Of a DNA stretch of 64,000 nucleotides, positions 41,953 through 55,831 are shown piece after piece. The stretch covers positions 248,001-312,000 of the forward strand of contig JAAOMT010000076.1 of assembly GCA_016748015.1 (NCBI GenBank), in the 5' to 3' direction. Made by a program: the position numbers and the translations under genes. Under the pieces are notes generated by a model. It saw only the letters and a program-made list of their open reading frames with translations. It ran no database searches and was not told where the DNA came from. Position 1 is the stretch's first letter, and every line of letters begins with the position of its first letter. The stretch comes from Geosiphon pyriformis uo1. Its lineage: Eukaryota > Fungi > Glomeromycota.

Positions 41953-43156
41953 ACCAAATCAAATTATTTTATGTATATTTAATCTCATTACCTCTATTGG
42001 TTGATTCAAGAACGAAAGATTTTTATATTTATTTTGTTTAATTTTAATTTTGAGAAAAAAATTATATATATAGAAAAAAATAATCAAAAGATTAGATCTT
42101 TATATCCGAAAAAATATCGATTTAACAAGACATTTATTTAAAATATATTCTTAGATCAAAATAGAATAATTTGATCCGAGTGAAAATATTTTTTCTTTCA
42201 TAAAACGTTCATTTTAAAAAAATTTTATTCCTATCGTTTAAGAGTTTAGAAAAACGAAATATTAATAAGCATGTGAAAGCTTGAGATTTTTCATAGAACT
42301 TTCTTTTAGAAATTGAATCATCTTCAAGATATATTGTAATCTATAAATGCTATTTTTCACAATTATTTATCTTTAAAAGAGCAAAGAATGAAAAAAATAT
42401 TTTTATTTGAATAACTTTTTATTTTATCCATGAATCTGATTTTATAATTGTTGGATAAAAAAATTTTCATCTGTTTAGAATATCAATAGTGGGGAGTACC
42501 GAAGTAATTTTTTTTTTACTCGGGAATCATTTTATTAAGGAAACCTTCCTTAGATTATTAATGCAGTTTTTACTAATATCAATGTTTCTAGAAGATCAAT
42601 TTAAATTTTTTGGGAATTCCCGTAAATTTAAATAAATAAACTTGAACACATGCCGGATTTGTTTACTTTCATTAATATATACCAATTGTCTAATTATGGG
42701 AAAAAATTCTTATATCTAATCCAACTGGGTTTTATTCATGCAGCAAATGAAAAGCCTAGATTTCTGTTTTATTCTGCTCAATAGAATCTGTGGCAAAGTA
42801 GTTGAGCGACATCAATTCGTTATGGCGTCTTTTTAATTTCTTTTATCATTTATTTATAGTGTTACGAGCTTTCAATTGTAAGATTAAATAAAAAACTTGG
42901 AAAATTTTTTTAGATCGGTGAGTTCGGAAAACAACTTGCGGAGATAGTGAATATCGAAAATATATAAAGCGAGAATTGGTTTCAGGTTTCGAGGTGTAAT
43001 TTTTTCAAAAGATTTAAATAGAGGTAATTACTACTATTTAACTCTGAAAGTTTCACTAGAATTCGTTACAAAACAAAAACAAAAACAAAAACAAAAACAC
43101 TTGCTATTCTTTCTTTGAATTCATAAATCCCAAAAAAATTATCTAATTAAAACGAG

Positions 43157-43483
43157 ATGCAAACCCCTAATTCGACTTCATTTGATGCCACTGGACGGAA
43201 ACATATCTTTAAATTAAGAGGCGATAATTATCGTTCTACGCGTCGTTCACTTAATAAAAAACTAAAATTAGAGAAAAATTGCTGCCATTGCAATGAACTC
43301 GATCAATACATAAGCACATTAGAGAAGAGTTCCAGCAACATTGAACAACAATTGAATTATTTAACGGAGCTTTCGAACATGAATTTACAAAGGATTCTAA
43401 ATAGTGATACAATCACCAATGAGAAAGTTAATTTATCAGAGCTTAGCATAGATGAATTATTAAGAGTATCAATAAGCATTTAA
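43157..43483 (+). CDS. Small CxxC/coiled-coil family member B (108 aa, intronless)
   Basis: FDATGRKHIFKLRGDNY; CCHCNELDQYISTLE; NLSELSIDELL. TATATAAA at 42961. Confidence 0.85.
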   Translation: MQTPNSTSFDATGRKHIFKLRGDNYRSTRRSLNKKLKLEKNCCHCNELDQYISTLEKSSSNIEQQLNYLTELSNMNLQRILNSDTITNEKVNLSELSIDELLRVSISI

Positions 43484-43678
43484 TTTAATAATCCAAAATA
43501 AAAAGGATATTTAAGTTAAAAACATTTCAATCTAAGCAAATGTCAACATTTCTTGAAAAGATTCTTTTTTTGAATATTTTTCATTTCTTTAAAATTAAGT
43601 TTTAAGAAACTTTCCCATAAGTTACATTTAAAGTTTTCAGCATCATAGAATTTGGCCTTTTGAAGATCTATATAAACA

Positions 43679-43712
<34 letters not shown>

Positions 43713-44082
43713 CTCTAAAAAAGTTTTGCACATGTAATAGCTTTTCTACTTTTTAAGATGGCTAATTATAAAATTGTGAAACAATGACATCATATTTTCA
43801 CCAATTTAATATGTGGAATGCTTAATTCAGAAGTAAAATTAGATAACAATGTAAAAAAAATGTCGGTAAACCGGGCTCGGAAAACGAAGAATACCCGGTT
43901 GTACTACATCTAGGTAAAAGCCCGTTAGATGTGACCAGTTTTTTGCATAATAAAAAAATTATATATATAATTAGTTTGGATTATGAAAAATAGATAAAAA
44001 AAGATTTTCGCTTCAAATAAAAAGTTTAAAGCAATTAATTTCAAATTTTTGCAAACAAATTTATCAAAGTTCTCTAATCACA

Positions 44083-44281
44083 ATGTCTCCAATTAAATCT
44101 ATCAAAAAATTTTTCTTGATTCAAAGACGAAATGCTTCGCAAATTAACTCCGGTACTCATCAGCAAATATTTACGGATCGTAAAAATCAAATTTCTAAAT
44201 CAACCTTTCAACGGTTAAATCCTTATATAAATGAATGTTATTCTTTTAAATACGAAGAAGAAGAAGAAGAAGAAGAAGAAG

Positions 44282-44313
<32 letters not shown>

Positions 44314-44493
44314 CCTGAAGAAATAATCAACGAGATGCAACTCCGAATTCAAGAAGCCCAAGAAAAACTTAATCATCTAATAGAAGCGTCAAAGATAAAT
44401 GTTCCAACGAATGGTGGTCGGTTTTTAAAAGAACAACTAAATTTTAATCAATTAACCACAGATGACCTGTTAAAGATGACAGAAGATCTCTAA
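44083..44493 (+). CDS. Divergent family member C (136 aa; CxxC lost, poly-Glu insertion)
   Basis: RRNASQINSGTHQQIF; coiled coil IINEMQLRIQEAQEKLN..KEQLNFNQLTTDDLL (compare member A, KFFAEKLNIDFSKMSIDELL); (GAA)19 at 44254-44310. Confidence 0.7.
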
Positions 44494-46032
44494 GCCCAAT
44501 TTTATGAAAACCAAAATTATAGATTAATTTAATTTAATGTTAATTCGTAAATGACTAAAATTTGATAACTAAATTATAAAAAAATAAGCTGAAATATATG
44601 AAAAATATGTAGAAAAATTTTTTTTCTTAAAAATAAAGTTTCAATCGTATGACTTTCTGGGTTTTGCCGGTGAAAATCGTTCGATTTATGAGAATTGTTG
44701 TAAAATATTTATTAATTGAACTGTTATAAAAGAGATTCCGAAAATTGAACTAATTAAAATTTTTACTAATATACTCTTGAACGTTTTTACACTAATAATT
44801 TTTAATTTCTTAGCGTCCGACTACTATAATATATCGAAATTCTTTAGTTTTAAGAGAATCTAGAATTCGAAAATATTATATATAAAAATATATAAACTTT
44901 TATTTCTCTTCAGACCATCTAATTCTCGGAAACAAAGTTAAAAATCAAGATTTTCTTTAGAAATTTTCGAATGCAGAGAGGCTTCAAAGGTGGATTATTT
45001 TAAATTTAGTACGAATATTGTTGAATAACTATAACGAGCTAAATATTTTAATATATAAATATTTTAGAATTATCTTTACATATTTAGAGCTTTTAAATTC
45101 CGAACGAATTCTCCAAAGAAATCTAGTGGTTAAGATCTTGGTATTCTTTTGCGTTACCAAGTCAAATATCTCAATTTTGCTTTTAAATAATTAGCTAATC
45201 TTCAAAAATAATTTTAAATCTGCATTAATATTCTTAGTAGAAAAGCTCGACACTTTTACATTCAGAAAACTTACTCAACTGAGTTGAACATCTTTACGAG
45301 TCTTTTATAATAAGTCGAATAAAAATGTCGCCCACTTTCCAAATATTGAAAAATGTCAAACCTCAGAAAAATCATGCAACAATAATCAATAATCATTTCT
45401 ATAAAAGGTCTACAGGTAGAATTTTTATTGTATCTCTCGTTTAATATATCTCATTGAGAAAACTATATTTATTGTAATAATAATAAATTCGCAGAAATTG
45501 AGAACTATTTCAATAGGATAATAAAAATTATTACTTATAAAAATGTGTAAATAATATACGGTGCAAGTTTATTTGAATGGTTTATTTCTTAAACGGGAGT
45601 CCGAATAATTCGGACCCTATCTCATACGGAAATTGATATAATTAATCTATTTTAGGTGACAGCGCCCAGCCCTTTTCAGAGCATATCGGATCCCAAGGTT
45701 CCTCTTTACTTTGTTAGATCCCGTTTTGATCCGTACACTATATTTAGTAAAAGATTGTTTTTTGTTTGAACATTCTAGATTATATAAGAATTTAAAATCC
45801 AGAATTAAATTCAATTAAATTAAATTCAATTCAATTAAATTAAATTCAATTCAATTCAATTCAATTCAATTCAATTCAATTAGAATCTTCTTCACGTCCA
45901 TAGGAGCTGATTAAGATTGAAAAAAAGTATAAAAAGCGATGATAAATTTAAAAATTTTTTGTATTCAAAGGAGCAATTTCCATTCAAACTATAAAATATT
46001 TTTCATCTCAAAATTTAACCTCGAATAAAAAT

Positions 46033-46546
46033 ATGCCTCCTTGCAAATCAACCTTAAATCACAGTCAAAAAAGAAATACATACTCTAAAAAGTCCAAATC
46101 AAGTTATAATCATGTATTTCGAATTTCTGGTGACCAATATTCCACACGTAAAATAAACAAAGAAATTAAAACTGTAAATGATTGTTGCAACTCTTGTCAA
46201 AAACATGTAGAATATATGGGAATTTTACAAGATAGCCTAAATCGTATGACAGAAAGATTGAAAGAACTTGAGGAGGAAATGACTAAAAAAGTTCAATACG
46301 CTTCTTCGTATCTAGAAACTTTCAGTGCTAATGCCACGAATTATTCTCAAATGGTAAGTTAAATTTGATTGATTCTTTCAAAAACTGTTAATAAAATATG
46401 CTAACCAGTTGAATATGCACTTACCAATATTTATCTTTTTATAGAGCACAGAAAATCTTTTAGAATTCTCTCAAAACTTTTCAATGCGTTTAATATATGT
46501 AGAGACTGGGAAAAGTAATACAAATGTAGGAACACGAACCAAATAG
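46033..46546 (+). CDS. Family member D (~140 aa); exons 46033-46353, 46445-46546
   Basis: NHVFRISGDQY; CNSCQKHVEYMGILQ; NYSQM|STENLL across a GTAAGT..ATAG phase-0 intron. Confidence 0.85.
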
Positions 46547-47354
46547 AAAATGCATAATTTTTATTATTATTCAAGAATTTGATTACCTTTTCTTCAATAT
46601 TTTATTTATTTATTTTCTTTGAATGGTTTGAGATTTTGAAAAAAGAAAAATCTATGTCTTCAATATAGGAAAAATAGTTTCTATCTAACGATAAAATTCG
46701 TCGATCTTTTTTTAATAAGCCCAATCGGCAACCTCCATCATCTCTGTAATTTAGAATTAATAATGAATATTCTCAAAAGCCTGTGAAATTCAAACAAATT
46801 TTTCAAAGAAACATTACTACACACACATAAACTTTCTAAAAAAGAAAAAAAGAAAAAGGGGGTTAGGAAATTTCTAACCAATGTAAATCTGAATAAGCAG
46901 GCTCATTACTTGAACAATAAAAAATTTGTTATTCAAATAATCTACTTCGATTTTGTTGTCCAAAAAATATCAAAAGAGCATATCTTTTAGTAATTCTTTA
47001 TTATCAACACTCTCAAAGATCGATAGTTGACAAAAAAAGAAATTCAATAATATAACAGTTGAGAGTGGTAAATAAAAAAAATAAAAAAATAAATTTAAAT
47101 TTCAAGTTACGTATTAAGGGTACAATCTTTGATCTTATTTTCAAAAAACACGGAGTAAACTTATTCTAATCAGACAAACTCCTGTAATTGAGATTTTAAA
47201 GCATAACGGGAACCACTCTTGATAAATTACAAGTAAAGAGCTCGTGATCGGGAAAGAATTAGCTAGCAATAGGTTTCGATAAGAGTTTAATTTGTTTTAA
47301 GTCTTTTGAGTATAAATTATCTTCTAAAAAGATTGTTTCATCTAAAAAACTTTT

Positions 47355-47355
<1 letters not shown>

Positions 47356-47411
<56 letters not shown>

Positions 47412-47422
47412 TAATAATAATA

Positions 47423-47463
<41 letters not shown>
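47356..47463. repeat. Interrupted (TAA)n microsatellite
   Basis: ~108 bp of TAA units with two slips. Confidence 0.95.
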
Positions 47464-47464
<1 letters not shown>

Positions 47465-49414
47465 TTTTCAATATTTTTAGTTTCACTTTTCGGGGAAATT
47501 TCTTTGTTTTATGCATTAACTTATTAATCTAAAGTCTGAATTTCGAATGCAATTTAAAAAAGGAAAAAAGAACAAAAAGGCCTCAGTGGGCCTGGAAAGA
47601 TATCTAAAATCATTACCAATTAGCATTTTGAGTACATATACTATTTCTTTTTATGCGAATGTTTTGCCAAGATTAGAGTAAATATTTTTTTACAAAGCTC
47701 ATTCATTAAATTAAAAATTTTGTAATATAATCCCCCAGGGAAAATATATGAATCAAACTTGTTTTTACCTTGAGCAATCGATCGAGAATTTTTTTTTCCC
47801 CTTAATTATGTGTTTTTTCTTTGATCAATTAGAACCGTTCAAAATAATAGATTTCAAACCTGAACTTAAAAAAAATATTGTCTTTATGTCCCACAATGTG
47901 AATTAATTCGAATTTTCTCTTGGAAATACTAAATACTAAATACTAAATACCAATCATAATTAAGATGTATATATATAAGTGACAATTGAAACATTTTCAC
48001 TTTAGGATTTAAAAAATTGAACCATTATTTAAGAAATTTGAAGAAAAATTTTATTCAACACACTCGACAAAATAAGATCCTCATAAAACAATATCCATTA
48101 ATAGAACAGGATTAGCTATGACTAATTTTTGTAACTAAAACACAAAGAAAAGGTAATAGAAATCTTGAAAGAAAAAAGATTTGTAATATAAAGAGCGATA
48201 ATTTCCGTTCAAGAGAAACAATATCTGTAACCGAATTAGATTAGATTTTATTTTGTCGTTCAAAATAAAACAATAAGAGAAAGAATAGTAGAAAGCAGAG
48301 ATTAAATTAATGAGAAAAATGGGAAATTTTATTTTATTTTGTAGACAAGGAATAGTTTGAATAGTTTGGGTTAACTGCATATTCTAGGTTTCCAAAACTT
48401 TAGAAATGGATATAAATTATTAAGATTCATGCAGAATTTGGATTTACAACGGATTTGATATCGGGCATATGTTTTGAAGCATGGTATATTTAATGTATTA
48501 TCAATTTGTAGATTTTTCCTTCATGTGATTGCATATAAAAAAAATGTTTACTCGTGGAAAGTTCTATCCGATGCCATAAATATAATACAGGGATTAACTT
48601 TATGGTTTTATTTACATTCGGATGACGTTGATAAAGAGTTTAAATGATAATATTTTTTTTAATGCATAAAAAAATTTTGTTCTCTTGACCCGAAATAATA
48701 ATGAACGCCTCTGTCGTACAATGACTAGATTTGATGAAACTAGAAAATTTGAATTTTAAAGCCTCATTGAGGCTGATATTGTTGTAGCTTTTCATTCCCC
48801 CGTTTGAGATTGATTATAATGCAATAAAAAAATTGAAAAAAAAATTGAAAATTTTTTTTCTTTTTTCAAAGTAAATTTAATGGGAAGTAAATGTCTGATA
48901 ACAATTTAGATATGAAAGTATTTAAAAGTCTGACTTTTTTATGCTTTGATGAACAAATTAGGCCTTTTAAAGTTTTATTTTATAATGGTAGAAAGAGCAA
49001 GAAAAGTTCAGATTCATCATTTACATATTCACAATATATTTTAGTCTTTGAAAAAAATCAACCGAAAATCACCTATGAAACATTTGTGAGCTATAAAACT
49101 AAAATTCTTTTGAATACTGAATTTAGCCAAAAAAATTAGTAACCTCAATCAAATTTACAAATAGAATTTCATTTAAAAATATCTCAAGCTACAACATTCT
49201 GCAGAACTAGCCACACTTGTTGCAGTTCTCGCTAAGAAGCGAGACTAAAATATAATTATTAAATTAATTCATTTGGAAGTTAAATGACAAATGAGAAAAA
49301 ACTAAACTAATTATGGAAAAACTCAACATCCCAAAAATTGCTTGATCTCCTTGTTTTTTTTTCAATAAATTTATCAGCCTCGTACCCTTGCCTTTTACTT
49401 TTTACCTTTTAAAA

Positions 49415-49903
49415 ATGGCACATTTAACCTCTCTAAATTCTTTACAAGGTCGTTCAAACACTAATGGTGCAATGGATACTACTGGAAGGCGTCACATTTT
49501 TAAAATTAAAAGTGATAAATATCCTCCAATCCGTCGTACTCAGAAAATTAGAACGAATTTAGAACTTTGCAAGAGATGTGATCAAAATGACCAGTACGTT
49601 GAAACGCTGGAAGCTCATATAGATGAATTGGATAGAGCCGTAGAGAATTTAACACATTTGTTAAATTGTCTCATCAATATAAGTCCTGATCTTGAGAGCA
49701 AAAAAAATTCTTTTATTTTAAACGATTCAAATCAATTCTCAAATTTGGTAAGAAAGTTAACCTTTATATACTTGATTTATAAAGTAATTTTATTTAATAT
49801 CTCATTAAATTTTGCTTTTAATATATCAATATTATTTATTTAGAACATTGAAGAATTATTGAAATTTTCAGACAAAATCACAGAAGAAACAAAATTAAAA
49901 TAG
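49415..49903 (+). CDS. Family member E (~130 aa); exons 49415-49747, 49844-49903
   Basis: MDTTGRRHIFKIKSDKY; CKRCDQNDQYVETLEAHI; QFSNL|NIEELL across a GTAAGA..TTAG phase-0 intron. Confidence 0.87.
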
Positions 49904-49950
49904 TTTTAAACATATGAAAAAAATACTATTTATCATTTTTTCTTTTGAAC

Positions 49951-49989
<39 letters not shown>

Positions 49990-50975
49990 TCTGTAAGAAT
50001 ATATAAATTTTAAAATGTCTCATTACCTATCTTCTTCTTCTTCTTCTTAATTCAGATAAGCTTATGATAAAATTAAGTTAATAGCTTTTTTATTAAATAG
50101 AAACCCATGACTTAAACTGGAAATTCTTATCCAGAATTATTAATGATTAAAATGTTCCCGGGTATGGTTAAATATGGTAAAATGTATAGCGTCATCGGCC
50201 GCTCAGTGATCTTCATTTACTTGCTGACTGCTGGACTAATAATTTCATGAACGAACAAAAAAAATTAAGCCTTTGATGTAAGTAATCAATCAAAAGAATT
50301 CACATGTTTTGAGTTAAAAGCCCATTTAAAGGCAAAAGAAACTTTAAAAAAAATGAGTCAAGAAGAGAATAAAATGAATTAAGATTAGTTATTTTTGATT
50401 TTTTGGAAAAACGAGCACATTAGGGATAAAAGCTTAGTCATGCTTCTATTATATCAGTTTTCCGAACACTCATGATAATATGAAAAACTAATTTTGGTAA
50501 AAAATAAAAAGAAGCAATATGAGAGTTGATTTTTTTTTTTTTTTTTCATTGACCAAGAAACTTTAAGAATTAAGTTTTTTTTTAAAAAAAGGAAATATTA
50601 CAATTTTTATCTTCATAATTTTATGTATCCAATTTTAATTATTCAAAATTAATTCGTTAACGAATCAATATATTAGATTAATTGTAATTAATTTTCGTAT
50701 CACAGTGTATGACATCTGATCCAAATTTTATGGTGTCATTATAAGAAAAAAAAAATGAAGTAATGGATATTTTTGGATATTTTGGCGCTATAATGACGCT
50801 TGTTTTTAATGCCTATTCCAGAAATGTGAAAAGAGATCTTGGAATTAAGATTACAAATGTTTATCTTTTCATCTGGGAGTTATTTATTTGAAAATGTGAC
50901 AAATGAAAGGGGTGTGAAAGTCACTAAAATAGAAAGTCATTAAATACTTGGCGGAATTGCATGAAAAAGCCATTA

Positions 50976-51006
<31 letters not shown>

Positions 51007-51489
51007 AATGAACTGATTCAAAAATCATAAGTTAGAAAAATACAAAATTATTCACATGTAAAATTATATTAAAAATTTATAATTTTAAGCCCAATTTCTT
51101 AACAAAGAATTAACAAATGGCTTAAAAATGGTTCTTATTCAGTTGAATAATAATTTATTTAAATTTTTAATCTTAACAAGAAAGTTTTTAATTTGTGTAA
51201 AATTTTCTTTGTTTAATTAATTTATGAAATTGAAATATTTTCATTGGTAAATTTCAAATTGTATTAGTGTAGTATATAATATTTTTTATATGAATTAAGT
51301 AACTTGAAAAAATAATTTTTAATATACTAAATATTCTGATTGAAAAATCAGTTTATATAAATACTATTCAGAATAACTCCTCAAATTTTAGATCAATTTA
51401 CTTCTTTGAATCGGCAAATATTTTAGTTGCTAATTTCAATAAAAATTCTGAATTCCCTTAAAAATTATGTTTCTTATAAGCTTCACAAA

Positions 51490-51962
51490 ATGTTGAATCA
51501 AAAGTCTCAAGCAACAAAACTAAAATCAATTAGTAATTTCACTTCAAAGCCAAGAATTCATCGAAATAATTCTGTAATTGACTTGAGTGGTAAAAAGCAC
51601 ATGTGGATCATTAGAGGTCAAGGCTACTCTTCATCTAAAGCTTCTAAGAAGCAAGAAACAATCGAAACATGTCGAAAATGTAATCAAACGAATCACTATG
51701 TAGATGTTTTAGAACAAAGATTAGAAACGATCGAACAAGTTGTAAATAATTTAACTGCTTTGACAATTTCAAACGTTAACCATGATAACAATCCAACAAA
51801 CCAACAAATATGGACAGATATTTCTAATATGGTAAATTCAAAATTTCAATATTAAAATAGAAAAAAAATATATCTTTTCTAAAATATAAAAATTAATATA
51901 TTTTAAATTTTTCTCTAAAGTCAATAGATGACCTTTTACACCTCGTAATGAATTTGTGTTGA
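51490..51962 (+). CDS. Family member F (~127 aa); exons 51490-51831, 51921-51962
   Basis: IDLSGKKHMWIIRGQGY; CRKCNQTNHYVDVLEQRL; DISNM|SIDDLL across a GTAAAT..AAAG phase-0 intron. Confidence 0.85.
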
Positions 51963-53190
51963 AACGCCTAAAAATTTATAAATTCATTACATTAAGCCTT
52001 TAATTTTAAATCAAATAATTTTGTAAATAACTCTTTAAGAAGAACTATGTTTATACAGTGAAAAAGGGTTACTTTTTGAATTATTTATTAATTAAGAGCT
52101 CTTTTTTTAGTTTAAATATGATTTTTGAATTAAGCTTTAAATTATTTTGAGCAATAAGTTTTTTTATAACGTACTATCTATGTGGTTTCAAATTAAATCA
52201 AATCAAATCAAACTAAATTAAATATTTTATTTTATTCTCGAAGCTAGAAAATTTTTAAGAGTAATTTCCTGTTTAATCAATAAATATAAAATTATTTGGA
52301 TGATACGGAGTTTTTACTCCTCATTAATTTAAATTTTAAATTTTTTCAATTACAAAGTCATGAACTGGTCACGATGTCATTTTATGAATTAATTGGTTCT
52401 AAATATATATATACTATTTCATCATCAAGCATTAATAAATGGCAATTGAAAGAAGATACATACAAGGTACAATTGTCATAAAAATTTTTTTTTTTCATTC
52501 ATCCACGTTTTCAAAATTCAAATATCAAGTTTAATAAATATTCAACTTGTTTTGAATCTGAAATCAAAATTAAGTTTGCCATTTTTTTATGATATCATTT
52601 ATGAAAAGTAAGAATTGATCACATAGAAATAACTTTCAAAAGTATTAAACAATTAAAATTAAATATTTATTACTTTTTTGTACATATTCTAAACATAAAT
52701 AAAATTAAAAAAAGTGACTCAGAACTCCCATACTAGAACTTTAAAATATATAGAATTATTTCGGAAAAAAAATTATCTTTTGGGTAAAATTTTTATTCTC
52801 TTATCCCTTCTTTCCAATTAAGAAAATTTTTATTTATTTTATATCCATGTTTCATTTCATCAAAAAACTGCATGATGTATGTCAATAAAAAAAATTCATA
52901 CATACATGTATTGCGCTGTCTATACATGTGTATCATATATATAATATTCAAATATATGATCTTAATTAATACAGTTGATTTCTTTGATTAAAAATGTGAT
53001 GCGAAAGGCGTTTTTCTAACTTATAAGAATAATTAATATTCTGAAACTATAATAAATAAATAAATAAATAAATTGAGAGTTATTGAGAGTTTTCATTTAA
53101 ATTATACATAAAAAATGCTATAACGGAAAGTGATGAAAAAATTTATTGTTTCTCTCGTAATATTTAAAGAAACCATGGGAAACGAGTCCT

Positions 53191-53713
53191 TTAACCATTT
53201 TTTTCGGACTGCAATTGAGCTTGAACTGTGCCATATATGTCGTACTGAATTTTTTCTGACATTTCCAAGAGTTCATCTGTGTTCTAAAAAAGTTATAAAA
53301 TTAATATTTAAAACAAAATACCATTTTATATTTTCAAGTCATTATTTAACAGAACAGAACAAAAACAAAAAAGAGATGAAACCTACTATCTTTGAAAAAT
53401 CCAAGGTTCTAATCGGAAAAGAAAACCTTTTTTTATTTCCAAAGCAATCAAAATCTTCAATCTTTACCAAACCAGTCAAAGTTTGAACTACATTGTCTAA
53501 ATTATCGAGACGAGCTTCAAGAATATCAATATATTGTTCATTCTGGTCACAGTATTTACAATCTGGAAATTTTTTGCCATTATTCAAACGTCTCAAAGGA
53601 GGATAGGTAGAGCCTTTCACTTGGAAAACGTGTATACTTCCAGTTACATCTATTTCGTTAGAATTATTTTTTTTATCATTTCGTGACATTCCACTTGATT
53701 GTGATAGAGCCAT
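53191..53713 (-). CDS. Family member G (~139 aa); exons 53713-53387, 53283-53191
   Basis: EIDVTGSIHVFQVKGSTY; CKYCDQNEQYIDILEARL; DFSKI|NTDELL across a GTAGGT..TTAG phase-0 intron. Confidence 0.87.
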
Positions 53714-55831
53714 ATGGATTTTTTAAAATAAAAACAAGTGTGTGAAATGACAGTAAATAATTTTACAAAAGGTTAACGAGGGATTTTTATCTTTATATAT
53801 ATATGAGTTTTATCAATAGGGAGACCGAGTTTCAAAACCTGTTGTGTTTAACTGAATTAAAAACTACAAATCCCTATATACCATAAATAATTAAAAAAAA
53901 AAAATTTTAACGCTAAAGCTTTAAAAAAAATATACTATTCTTATCTTCGGAATTAATTCACCTATCAAATTTGATAAAGATTTCTATTTTGTTAAAGTGT
54001 CACTAGTAATTCCGGTGTACTTTCTTATATAAATTCAGTTGATGAAGTTTTTCAAACGACATTTAATTATTTGAGTTTATATCATTTATACCTTTATGTT
54101 TACACCTCTTCTCTTTGAGAATTTATAAAAAGAAACACTTTTTGATTTGTTAAACGTAAATAATCTAATTCTAATTGCTAATTTTTATAAAGGAATTTCT
54201 TTAAAAACTATAAATTACAATTGAAAATATTTTTATTATGTTATTGATAGAATTATTAATTAGTCATTTAATTCAATGACCTTCATTACTAATTGGAGTT
54301 TCAATCATTTTGAAACTGTAATGATGTATGGGGGAAAGCTAGGCGCAAATAATGATGTTTTATTTATTTTTTTCTTGAATCTCGATTTCTAAGAAACAAA
54401 GGTTACCCCATTTAAAAATTTTCCTATTGGAAACTCAATCAAGCTTTATAAACGCCACGCTACGCATTATTCACAAATATAATTTAAATCTTTTAATTGT
54501 CTTTATGAGTTTATGTTGTGAATTCATGTGGTTCCATTTTTAGATTTTATTTTTCAAATTAATAATATTGGTTCAATTGAAGTAACACTACAGTAAACTC
54601 GGGATAAGGTATCTATGTATATATTTATTGAAATTGAATAATCTTTCTATTTAATTTTAAAAGACATTTTTTCATTTAATTGTCATTTAAATTATTTGGT
54701 TCCAAAGGATTTAACTTTCCGGTTTACTGTTTACTGTTCAAGATATTTATTTTAGAACAAAATTTCTCATATTCTTTTCGTAAAACTCTTTATCTCGTAA
54801 GTATTTTTTTATTTTCCTGATACTTTATTTAATTCTAAGTTATAATCTTTATTAAAACTGTCTAAAAATGTTGGGAGATTTCTTCAGTCTTGGTGGTTGA
54901 AAAAAAAAAAAAAAAAAAAAATTTGAAAAATTATATTCTTAAATTTTAAAAATAAATAGCTTAAAACAAGACCAGGATGACCAATTTATTGAACCATAGA
55001 GCATTTTAGAAGATATCAATTTTTTAATAAAATCTTCAAATTTCTCAATATTTGAACTTTTCTTCGGCAAGAAAAAAATTACTACTACTTTATCGAATTA
55101 AAAAGTAAAAACTGGATTTTGAAACTATTTGTACAATATTTAAAAGAAAATTTTTTTTTTAATTTATCCAAGTTATTTAAAAAATATCAATTTATTAAAA
55201 TTTTCATACTTTCATCTTGTTCATAAGAAACTAAACTCTGAATTCTTAAATAAAATTTTTACAGAGGAATCTTGAATAAATTTCTTCACATTCTCACCCT
55301 GTTACAGGATGATAAATAATGTTTGTTTGAGCTTAACTGACTTGAGAAAAAACAATGATTCTTGTTATAATTGTTAAAAATGATAATTTTAAAAGAATTG
55401 ATGCCAATTTTGGAATGTAAAAGAATGTCTAGAAAAACTTTCTGATGCTTCGGTGACTATCAGTATTAAATGATTCAATCAGGAGTAGACTCATATTAAA
55501 GTGGGCCTCGTTTAAATTTGAAAGGACTAATGACGTCGATTTTTAGCTTAATTTTCGAAATGGTATCAAGTTTATTTGTACCACAGAAATATATAGTTTA
55601 ATCTTAGTGGTTCATCCTAATCATTCCAAAAAAATATCTGATCTAAGAAAATTATTTCCGTTTTAATCATATTACATAGGAGTAAAACGAAAGCGTTATG
55701 CTGCAGTTACTTATTCTGGAGATCATCCATAAGCTAAATTTAGGATTAAAACCTTTTACAATATATCACACGAAATGTTCAAGGAAATACTTATAAGCAA
55801 ACTATTTCGTCTTGAAACCGTATCTTTTAAG

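Noticed and set aside
47259-47516. Poly-Y/poly-I ORF (similarly 63413-63628 and 39820-40026)
   Set aside because: Translations of (TAA)n microsatellites.
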